This document shows, one piece after another, positions 18,309 to 26,566 of a stretch of DNA of 64,000 bases. Position numbers and translations under genes: made by a program. Origin of the DNA: Gammaproteobacteria bacterium. GTDB lineage: Bacteria; Pseudomonadota; Gammaproteobacteria; JBCCGL01. Each line of letters opens with the position of its first letter. The first letter of the stretch is position 1. The stretch is from positions 480,001 through 544,000 of the forward strand of contig OZ255836.1 in the NCBI GenBank assembly GCA_965277715.1. Direction: 5' to 3'. The notes under the pieces were generated by a model. The model saw only the letters and a program-made list of their open reading frames with translations, searched no databases and was not told where the DNA came from.

Positions 18309-20764
18309 ACATTAAACAGACCGTCGGTGTCCCCATCATCTTCAATAAGGGGCATAGCCTCTAAATCCATTTCGTTAAGTTGTAGCGGCTCACCAAAAAA
18401 GGGGATTTGCCGGTTATGGGCTTCTTGTTCTATGGTTAATTTTGGAGCGTAATATCTGGGGTTGGCCGTTTGCAAACGGATTTTGGTTTGGGCTAGTTTT
18501 TTAGCGGAGGAACGCTCAGTAATCGCAATCGGTTTGACGTAAGGAATCTTGATATAGGCTGGTGTCCCCCCTTCATTGTTAAACAGGGCTATACCAGTAG
18601 GCAGGGTCATTAAATCACCTTGTTGCATGGCTTGGAGTTCTGGCAAACTCCAAAAGGTGGTACTAGAAATTTCTTGATATTCTTCTTTTTCGTCATAAGG
18701 GGCGGTGGTTTTCGACCGGCTGACAGCTTTGCTGTGACTCACGCTGTCACTGGTGCCTTGACTGCCGCCGGTGCTATGGCTTTGGGTGTGGGTGTTGGTA
18801 TGAGACTGACCACGAGCGTCGGCATAGCCAGTACCGCCGGAATGTCCTTCACTGTGAACTTGGCTTTTTCCCTGACCACCTCCACGGCTCGCACTGGTAC
18901 TGGAACTGCCGCCCCAATTGCTGCCGCTTGTCTTGGTGTCGGTGTAATTAGCACCAGAACTAAAGCCCTTCGTGTCGTTGGTGTTAGAGCCTGAACCGGT
19001 CGTAGCGCTTTCATTTTTGGTATGACTGTTTGACTTGGTTTTACTACGGCTTTCTGATTCGCTTTCACCAGAACTTGAGGTGCTGCTTTCGCTAAAAGCA
19101 TTTGCTACCGTTTGGCCGCCTGAATCGCTGTGTATAGCGGTAGTTGTGCCTACGCCGTCAGGGATGTATTGCGTATTTTTCCCCTGATTTTGGCTTTCGC
19201 TGTTAGTGCGTCCTGAGCTATAGCTGTAGTTGTTACTCCTAGAGCGGCTGACACCGTAAGTGTCGGCTTCGCTTTCTGTTTCTGAGGTGCCGTGTGTGAC
19301 GGAGTCGTTTTTACTCGTACCGTAGCTATGGCTTGCGTTCTTGCTTTGTGAAGTCCCATAGCTATCGGCTTGGCTGTTACTTTTCCCCCAGTTGTTGCCG
19401 CTATTTTGCCCTCTATTCCAAGTACTGTTTTGAGTCTGGCCGTGAGCGTTGGCGGTGTTCCAGCCTTCTTGCTCACTTTCGGTATGAGTCTGGGTTTCTC
19501 CGTCGCTGTAACCATCGCTAACACCATCAGAATAGTTTGTTCCCTCACTGTCGGTATGCGTTATACCATCGGCCACGGTGTGACCTTCGGAGATACTGGT
19601 TCGGGTGCTTTCTTTGGTACGAACTTTCGTTACCCACGTATTATGCTTCTCTTGCTTTAGATCATATTTGCCCGTCCAAATGAGCTTTGAAATTTGGTCG
19701 GCGTCATAAGGCGTTAACCCACCAAAGGCCACTTTAAGACGGCAGTTAGTCATAACCGAATTAAGGATTTGCTTGCCCATTTCGTCATTTTCCAACTGGG
19801 CTAAATGCTGGTGAGCCACGGTAAAAAAGATATTTTTTTTACGAATTTCATCGAGGGCGGCGGCCACTACTGGCGTTACATACTGGCCAAACTCGTCTAC
19901 GTACATATGAAATGGGGGATTGTCACGCCGTTCGTTGCGTTGCATGCCCACACGGTAAATTTCGCTCAAAAGCATGATCCCCAACATGCGTAAGTTAGCC
20001 GGATGAACACGGCCATAGTTACGTAAACTAACCAGCACAATTTTGCGCTCGGACATGATGCTGGCAAAGTCTAGGGCATTCTCTTGTTGCGACAAAACAA
20101 GCCGCATATGCTCGCTATTTAAGAGTCGAAACAACCGGTTTTGCACGCCTTCCAACATTTTGAGTTTTTCGGTACTAGAAAGCGTTTCAAAACTATCCCA
20201 AGCCGATCTAACTTGCATCGAGCTAACCCCAGACAACAATGCTTGTCGCTCGGCTTTGGCATATAAACTAATCATCGGTAGGGCTTCAACCAACGTTAGC
20301 TTATTGGCCAGTACCGGATAAAGCACATTGTAGAGCCACGATTTTAGGCGTGGAAAAGCTTCTTCCCCTTGTCCCCACGCAAACAAAATGCTTTCAATAA
20401 TGCCATCTACCGCATTGGGGAGACTGTCATAATCGCGTGGTATAGGATTAAATCCAGTGATTTGGTCGGTTTGAGCGGCTGGCTCAAATAAAATTATCCG
20501 GCTGGCCAAGTGGGGGGCTTTGTGGGCGACGTAGTCCATAATGTCATCGACTAACGCCCCGTGTGGGTCAATCACGCATGCGCCAACTTTGCGGTTTTTT
20601 AAGTCCTGCCGGATAAGCCGTTCCAAAAACTTAGATTTGCCTTTACCGGACGCACCAATAACGTGCATATGTGCTTTGCGGTCTTTGGCGTTTACCCGAA
20701 ACTCGGCACCGGTTTCGTCACGTCCAAACAGATAACTCTCTTTTTTGGAGGAGGCACTACTCAT
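18305..20764 (-). CDS. VirD4/TraD-like coupling-protein ATPase 2 with long Ser/Thr/Gly-rich insert
   Basis: HMHVIGASGKGKS, IDPHG, YVDEFGQY, EIRKK...VAHQ; about 300-aa low-complexity insert; overlaps relaxase start (ATGA). Confidence 0.85.
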   Translation of the reverse strand: MSSASSKKESYLFGRDETGAEFRVNAKDRKAHMHVIGASGKGKSKFLERLIRQDLKNRKVGACVIDPHGALVDDIMDYVAHKAPHLASRIILFEPAAQTDQITGFNPIPRDYDSLPNAVDGIIESILFAWGQGEEAFPRLKSWLYNVLYPVLANKLTLVEALPMISLYAKAERQALLSGVSSMQVRSAWDSFETLSSTEKLKMLEGVQNRLFRLLNSEHMRLVLSQQENALDFASIMSERKIVLVSLRNYGRVHPANLRMLGIMLLSEIYRVGMQRNERRDNPPFHMYVDEFGQYVTPVVAAALDEIRKKNIFFTVAHQHLAQLENDEMGKQILNSVMTNCRLKVAFGGLTPYDADQISKLIWTGKYDLKQEKHNTWVTKVRTKESTRTSISEGHTVADGITHTDSEGTNYSDGVSDGYSDGETQTHTESEQEGWNTANAHGQTQNSTWNRGQNSGNNWGKSNSQADSYGTSQSKNASHSYGTSKNDSVTHGTSETESEADTYGVSRSRSNNYSYSSGRTNSESQNQGKNTQYIPDGVGTTTAIHSDSGGQTVANAFSESSTSSSGESESESRSKTKSNSHTKNESATTGSGSNTNDTKGFSSGANYTDTKTSGSNWGGSSSTSASRGGGQGKSQVHSEGHSGGTGYADARGQSHTNTHTQSHSTGGSQGTSDSVSHSKAVSRSKTTAPYDEKEEYQEISSTTFWSLPELQAMQQGDLMTLPTGIALFNNEGGTPAYIKIPYVKPIAITERSSAKKLAQTKIRLQTANPRYYAPKLTIEQEAHNRQIPFFGEPLQLNEMDLEAMPLIEDDGDTDGLFNV

Positions 20765-22247
20765 TGGTTAAATCCTCGTCGGTTAAGGCGCCGGTTTTAA
20801 CTTCTGCTGACGACATCAACGCGTCTATGGCTCGTTCTTTTACTTCGTCTGGCCAGTTATCACGGGCATTAATGGTATTGATTTTTTGCGCCAGGACGTC
20901 ATACATGGCTTCTAACTCATCATACTTATTTTGCGTGTTAAGCAATGAGGCTGTTTCTGGTGCGGCTACGCCTTGAGAGTCCGTTACTAGCTGGTTGAGC
21001 TTGAAAGCCAAGGTTCGTAATTGTGGGCGTTCTAAAAGGGCTACTTTTGCACCACCCTCAACGAGGGTGTAAAGTCGTTGGGTAACGGCTTCTAGTTCCA
21101 GCTTTTCGGCGTTGTCTTTGATTTGTTGTAGCTGTTGGGTAGCTTCATCTTTGATAGCTTTGGCTTCTTTGTGGGCTGCGGCTTTGATATCGGCGGCGTC
21201 TTTGTGAGTGATCGCTATTATTTCTTGGGCTTTACTTTCAGCCGAACTGACTATTTGACTGGCTTCATCCTCCGCTTGTTTTTTAGCCTCTAGCGCTTCG
21301 CGTTCTTGCTGTTTTACACGTTCCAAAATAGCGTTTTTTTGAGTTCCAGCTTCCGTTTTAATTTTGGTCGCTACTTGGGTGGCCGCTTGTGCGCCGTGTG
21401 TTCTGGCTATTTCGATAAGGTTTTCGGCTGCTTTATTGGCCTTGGTGATAATTTCTTTAGCTGTCGTGTGTGCTTTATCAACTACCTTTTTGGCTTTTTG
21501 GGTAGCATTAGTAATGCTATCGGTGATCTGTTCCTGTTTTGCTTGGTCTTTTTTGATTAGCTTTTGCAAGGATTCAATTTCTTTCTCAAGCGTTTTTTTT
21601 TGCCCCCTAAGCACCTCTACATCATCTTTTAGTTTTGCTTCATCCGCCTCTTTTTTGAGTTTATTATCAAATCTTGTTGCCCACTCCTTCGGCATTAGTT
21701 CAACCAGGGGCTGATTACGCCTCACGTATGTACCTAGATTATCATCAGGTATTAGCCACCTAACAATCTTAAAGTTATGGAAGTCTAGTCCTTGAGTTGC
21801 GTAATATAATAACTCAGTTTTTGAATCAAAGCTTATTATCTTGCGATTATTTCGATAAGCTTTTTTATTAAACGGAGAAACAAGTGTAAATTGAAATAAA
21901 GACATATCCTCAACATCTACAAGGTCTTGTGCAATAGCTTCAGAGAGAGAAATATAGGACATAACATTGAGGCATCCACGACCATCGCTAATATCTACTA
22001 ATTCTCTCTTATTTTCTTCATTTTGATAGTGATAAATTCTCTCGCCATTCTCGTAATTGAGATGTGTTACGTACCCATCCCCGTAAGCTTTCAATGGTTC
22101 AAAATAACCATCGTTTCCCTCGATACATCCAATAATTTGATGTTTAAAAATCAAATCTTTAGGTTTAACAAAAAGGGTAATCGTACACTCCTCCTCATTG
22201 TATACACCTAGATCGGCCTGAATAAAAAACTTTTTTTGTAAGCTCAA
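20757..22247 (-). CDS. Protein with degenerate lipoyl/biotinyl-like N-terminus and long coiled coil
   Basis: See finding; A/K/E-rich helical repeats (A..I...A); overlaps ATPase 2 start. Confidence 0.75.
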   Translation of the reverse strand: MSLQKKFFIQADLGVYNEEECTITLFVKPKDLIFKHQIIGCIEGNDGYFEPLKAYGDGYVTHLNYENGERIYHYQNEENKRELVDISDGRGCLNVMSYISLSEAIAQDLVDVEDMSLFQFTLVSPFNKKAYRNNRKIISFDSKTELLYYATQGLDFHNFKIVRWLIPDDNLGTYVRRNQPLVELMPKEWATRFDNKLKKEADEAKLKDDVEVLRGQKKTLEKEIESLQKLIKKDQAKQEQITDSITNATQKAKKVVDKAHTTAKEIITKANKAAENLIEIARTHGAQAATQVATKIKTEAGTQKNAILERVKQQEREALEAKKQAEDEASQIVSSAESKAQEIIAITHKDAADIKAAAHKEAKAIKDEATQQLQQIKDNAEKLELEAVTQRLYTLVEGGAKVALLERPQLRTLAFKLNQLVTDSQGVAAPETASLLNTQNKYDELEAMYDVLAQKINTINARDNWPDEVKERAIDALMSSAEVKTGALTDEDLTNE

Positions 22248-22419
22248 TTTTCTATCACTCTTGCTATCGATATGAACACATCATATCCTTACCCTGCGAA
22301 CAAAAATTTGGCTGTCTAGTCTTACCCACAGATACCGGCTTATTTTTTGTGTAGTTTGCGTTGGTTGCTTGATTCGCTCAATTGACTAACAAAAAACCGC
22401 GTTTTTAGTTCTTAACCCC

Positions 22420-22895
22420 TTATTGGTTATGCAAAACCAAAAAACGGCTGCCGCACCGCTTCAAGGCGCACGGCTCTACTTTCCGGGCTATTTCCCAAAG
22501 GGAAACGCCCCGTATGTAGAGTTGGGAACGGGTTCTAGACCCCTACCCACTGATCGACGTTGGATCATTCCGCGTCCGATCTGTAATGCTCTTTGGGCAT
22601 TCTTGTTTGGGTTTCCACCTAAACAGTCGACTTCTCGTCGTCGTTAATCAGCGAAAAGCCAGTGTGTTAACCCACACTGGCTTACCTTTTATGGTCTCGT
22701 ATGCAACCAAGGCCAAATGCCGCACCCCTCACGATATACGCCTTCACTATTCCGTCAAGTTTTCACCCGAAGCACCAAGATCGAGCGCCCGAAAACAAGC
22801 AGAGGGCTTGCCTTACCTACTACAGGGTCTCATCAAAAAGCATTCCGATTATTGGGGGGCTTTTTCGCACGCGAAAAAGAGAGCCTTGAAGGGAT
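22420..22895. other. Dense hairpin array: candidate structured ncRNA or ssDNA origin element
   Basis: At least 8 consecutive stem-loops at 22423-22683 plus long-range complementarity cttcaaggc (22459) / gccttgaag (22883). Confidence 0.45.
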
Positions 22896-22982
22896 CGAAT
22901 ACCCAGATATTTTCATACCACAAAAAACGTTAAATATCGGATCAAAAACCGCTCCTGTCAAGGCGTCGGGTTGTTAGGGTGT

Positions 22983-23100
22983 ATCCCTGACCCCACCCCG
23001 CTTATGAAAAACTGTTAAAACGAGGGGTGGGGTCAGGGATTTATTGAGCCAATTATTTCTCCTTATCCACATTTACCCGACAGGGGAAGCGTGGATAAGG
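22983..23100. promoter_or_regulatory. Candidate oriT/oriV: 17-bp perfect inverted repeat plus inverted DnaA-box pair
   Basis: atccctgaccccacccc (22983-22999) / ggggtggggtcagggat (23024-23040); ccttatccac (23061) / gtggataagg (23091); TTATCCACA at 23063. Confidence 0.5.
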
Positions 23101-23575
23101 TACTGAAATAAAAGTGAAATAACAGACCTGACAACCCACCCCCCAATGTGGCCAATGCCGCGCTCCCTGTATAGTCTGACTTTATACCCTCTTTATGGGT
23201 AACTTTATAGGTAAGTGTATAGTCTTCCAGTAATATTTTTGCTTTTTTTGACCTACCACACTGATGGCCTGACTCGAAGGAGAAAACAAAGCTATGAAAT
23301 CATTGAGAAGCTTTAGACCCTGATACCCCCTATCACTAAAAACTCCCAGCTCAAGTGGAACCTTGAAAGCTATAGCGAAGTTATAGGCATTTTTTAATTT
23401 CGACATCCGCACCCAACTAGAGTAGGCATCAAAATATCATCAGGAAAGTGTAAGTGTTACTAATATGAAAGTTTTTCAGCGGATGAATTATAAGTTTTAC
23501 TTGCACAAAAACTTTCACAATTATTATTTTTGTAAATTTTTTATTATATAAAACAATTGGTTATATTATTTATAC

Positions 23576-23636
23576 GCGGTCTTGAAAACCGTTGAACCGT
23601 GAGGTTCCGGGGGTTCGAATCCCTCGCTCTCCGCCA
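23576..23636 (+). tRNA. 3' fragment of tRNA-Ser(TGA), att site duplication
   Basis: Anticodon arm gcggt-cttgaaa-accgt, long variable arm, GGTTCGAATCC, CCA end; acceptor 5' strand and D-arm absent, replaced by AT-rich DNA with IHF-like aaacaattggtta. Confidence 0.9.
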
Positions 23637-23737
23637 TTTGGTTTGGCCATGAGGCTTGTCAATTACAAACAAGGGATGAATAAAACGTAAAGGACAATAA
23701 GTACTTTCAAATAAACCTCATATCTGGGGTTGGTTAG

Positions 23738-24994
23738 TTATAGGCGATGCATACCATCCAGTGCAGTTACAGCCTGGGCAAACGGCCCCATCGGCATGTC
23801 AAAAATCCCGCCACCGATACGCCCTGCCTGGCCCTGGCAATCGAGTATGCCGAGGCTAACCAAGGGTGTGCTCGCCTGATCAACTACACGGTGAGCAGTT
23901 AAGCCGGTGAGGAAATTCAATGTGCCGAATCCGGGGTGAGTGCGTGCAAATAATTCACCGGGCCGCTGCATACCTTTGTCTGGCATAAATGCACCCAGCA
24001 GGGATTGCTGCGTTGTTGAATAATGCATGGCCATTGCGCCAAAGCCGCAGATATCGACAATCGCACTGTCGCCAATGGCGCCGAGCGCACGTTCAGCCGG
24101 GTATCCGGGGGTGTCACCACGCGGCGGGGTTGCGGTGTCCTCGAACCATTGGCCGGTCAGTCCGGCAAGCTGAATACCAACCCGTAGGCCATTGCCACCA
24201 GCGGCGGTGATAACGCTGCTGCCCGGTATCCCTGTCGCGGCACTTAATTGGCACTTACACGCGGCCATCCACAGGTTTAAAAAGAAACTGGGGCTGTCCT
24301 GTAAAAAAGCCAGTGCCTGCTGGTGCTCACCCATACCGGGTTGTAGGGCGTTGATGGTTTCACGTGTGCCCACAGGTGTGCGACCGTGGCAGTCGTCGTC
24401 TTCGGTGAGTGCGGTGGCGGCAATATCAATCAGATCGATGGGGGTGCGGTGGGCATCCACTAATGCCTCAGCAAATTCTCCGTTTAACCATTGTATATGA
24501 TGTAATACTGCCTGGTTGCATAAGCCCAGACGCATAGCCGCGCCGTTACCGCCATTAATCGGCGTATAGGTGCAGTGCGTTGGGGCGTGGCTATCGATCA
24601 CTTCGTGTACCCACATACTGGCTGATACTACGGCGGCGAGCGGTGTCACCAGATTGAAATCCTGTGCGGCTTTTAGCTGGATTTCACCGTGGCGGATTTT
24701 CGCCTCGGCTTGCGCAAAATTATCTGCCAGGCCTTCAAATACTGAGGCGATGCAGGCGGAATTCAGGATCGGTTGAGTAATTTCCCGGGGGGATGAAAAG
24801 GGTGGCCCGGCGTGTAATAACACGTTTGCCGGAAGATCAACCACATCGGCCAGTTTTTTTGAACTGCGCCAGACGGGCCGTACAGCGAGGATTGCGTCCA
24901 GCGCTTTTTCATCGGCCAATAGTTTATTCTCATGCATGTCGTTTGCTCTTTGCGCACTATTGAGGAGAAAAGAACGCATGGAACGTTCTTTCAC
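23738..24994 (-). CDS. DUF1116 / AllG (YlbE/YahG)-like protein
   Basis: LLHAGPP, DDCHGRT, FFLNLWMAACK, GGNG...GI, GAIGDSAIVD; start may be near 24937. Confidence 0.75.
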   Translation of the reverse strand: MKERSMRSFLLNSAQRANDMHENKLLADEKALDAILAVRPVWRSSKKLADVVDLPANVLLHAGPPFSSPREITQPILNSACIASVFEGLADNFAQAEAKIRHGEIQLKAAQDFNLVTPLAAVVSASMWVHEVIDSHAPTHCTYTPINGGNGAAMRLGLCNQAVLHHIQWLNGEFAEALVDAHRTPIDLIDIAATALTEDDDCHGRTPVGTRETINALQPGMGEHQQALAFLQDSPSFFLNLWMAACKCQLSAATGIPGSSVITAAGGNGLRVGIQLAGLTGQWFEDTATPPRGDTPGYPAERALGAIGDSAIVDICGFGAMAMHYSTTQQSLLGAFMPDKGMQRPGELFARTHPGFGTLNFLTGLTAHRVVDQASTPLVSLGILDCQGQAGRIGGGIFDMPMGPFAQAVTALDGMHRL

Positions 24995-25042
24995 GCCAGC
25001 CTTGGAAGGGGCAGGTATAAGGGTATACCTGACAATAGTGGC

Positions 25043-25669
25043 TCAACTGAGGCATTCGGGTTTAATCCAGGTTTCCGCAAAGTAGAGGAACGCTGTGGTG
25101 GTTTCGATGCCCGCCTGTACGCGGGGCACTGGCACGCCGGGCAATGCCTCGCCATCAATACGAATTGTGGCTTTTTGGGATTCGACCAGTAGGGTGTACA
25201 TCTCCCGGTCTTTTGGGCCAGTGAGTTCGGGCGGTAATTCCAGAGCGACGGGTTTGCCCAGCTCGCGCCACTCCAGCTCGACGGTAAACGTGTCGGTTTC
25301 GATGGTTTCACTGTAAACACTGCGATGATCACCGGCGGTGGTTATCGCGTTGGCCGTAATATAGCGTAGGTTGGCAAACGCTGGCGCGCCGCTAAACGTG
25401 GCCAGTTTGGCAATAAAGTGTTCGACCAGGTAGTGCGCCATCGCTTGATTGTCGCTGATCATGACATTGCGTATGGTGGGCAGACTGAGGGTGCTTTGCG
25501 GGTCTTCATACAACAGCAGTGCCTGACCCCGACCGGCAGGGGAATAGGCGATACGGAAAAATAAAGCCATCGCAGTAAAGGGGCCATCGGGGTCGGTTTT
25601 TAATAAAATGCCGGGGTTTTCGCCAGACCAGTCGATATCACCGGGATTGATTGTAGGTTGAATAGGCAT
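25043..25669 (-). CDS. Hypothetical protein, paralog of 25671-26336
   Basis: MPIQPTINPGDIDWSGENPGI.LK...SPAGRG...AF...ETWIKP; GGAGA RBS before ATG 25669. Confidence 0.8.
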   Translation of the reverse strand: MPIQPTINPGDIDWSGENPGILLKTDPDGPFTAMALFFRIAYSPAGRGQALLLYEDPQSTLSLPTIRNVMISDNQAMAHYLVEHFIAKLATFSGAPAFANLRYITANAITTAGDHRSVYSETIETDTFTVELEWRELGKPVALELPPELTGPKDREMYTLLVESQKATIRIDGEALPGVPVPRVQAGIETTTAFLYFAETWIKPECLS

Positions 25670-25670
25670 A

Positions 25671-26336
25671 TTAATCTCCCTGTGGAATGGGCTTGACCCA
25701 GGTTTCCGACATAGCGAGAAAAGCTGAGCGCATGCTAATCCCGAAGAAGGGGCGGTCGACGACCTGCCCTGTGAGTGGCTGGCCGTTAATCGCGATAGAG
25801 GCATCCTCCGCCTGCATAAAAAAACTGTACATATCGTGCTCACCGGTAGCCGATTGTTCTGGCGATGCCTCGACGGCAAAGGGTTCGCCAATCTGTTTCC
25901 AGTGCATTGTCAGGCTGGTTGTCTTGTTGTTTTGGTTGCTGATAAGCGTTTCACTGTATTCACCGCCCGGTATCGGATTGCCGGTGGAGTGGTGTTGGTC
26001 CATCGGTAGTTGGGTCATGTGTTGCAGGCCAACCCGACCCCGAAAGGTGGGGAATTTGCAGAGAAACGTCTCAACCAGGTAGTGCACCATCGCCGGGTTA
26101 TCGCTGATACACAAGTTGCCTGCCTGTTGGCCAGCGGCTTGGTCTGGCTCGCCGAGCACCAGCATTGCCTTGCCCCGGCCGTGTGGTGATAGCACGATAT
26201 TGAAGTACAGGGCCAGCCGCCGCCAATCGCTATTATTTGTGCCCTCTCTATTGCCATCCTTCAGGTAAATGCCGGGATTATCGCCGGACCACTCTACTGT
26301 TCCGGGGTTGACCGGTGTTCGCTGACGTTGTTGCAT
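25671..26336 (-). CDS. Hypothetical protein, paralog of 25043-25669
   Basis: VNPGTVEWSGDNPGIYLK...SPHGRG...AF...ETWVKP. Confidence 0.8.
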   Translation of the reverse strand: MQQRQRTPVNPGTVEWSGDNPGIYLKDGNREGTNNSDWRRLALYFNIVLSPHGRGKAMLVLGEPDQAAGQQAGNLCISDNPAMVHYLVETFLCKFPTFRGRVGLQHMTQLPMDQHHSTGNPIPGGEYSETLISNQNNKTTSLTMHWKQIGEPFAVEASPEQSATGEHDMYSFFMQAEDASIAINGQPLTGQVVDRPFFGISMRSAFLAMSETWVKPIPQGD

Positions 26337-26566
26337 AGTGTTTACCGAAAACCTGGTGATGAATATTCACTGTATATTCGATGCCTGCCTGTGCTCCGTC
26401 AAGTAACAAAATAGAGTGGATAAATAACCAGGTGTTATGTTGAGCCTGGAGGGGCTAATTAAATATATGATATTTGAATATGCATCGATAAAAATAAATC
26501 ACTATAATTTATGTTAACGCTACTTATACTGAAGTCACTTAATTGCGCGGGAGGTATAAAAATAGC

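Larger units (their letters stand above)
1..23636. mobile_element. Integrative (probably mobilizable) genomic island inserted in tRNA-Ser(TGA); left end outside window
   Basis: Integrase at left edge; 3' tRNA fragment at right boundary; relaxase/coupling-protein pairs, TA systems and methylases; more AT-rich than DNA after 23.7 kb. Confidence 0.85.

Noticed and set aside
22440-22480. Group II intron domain V (minus strand gagccgtgcgcc...)
   Set aside because: Only the first bases match; no GNRA loop, AC bulge or domain VI, and no reverse transcriptase nearby
22423-23412. Short ORFs 22423, 22586, 22701, 22717 and 23182
   Set aside because: Mostly mutually overlapping, no motifs, and the hairpin density points to a non-coding role
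23520-23636. Intact tRNA-Ser gene
   Set aside because: 5' acceptor strand and D-arm are missing, so it is an att remnant
25670-25891. N-terminal extension of the 25043 ORF
   Set aside because: Overlaps the upstream paralog; homology and RBS start at 25669
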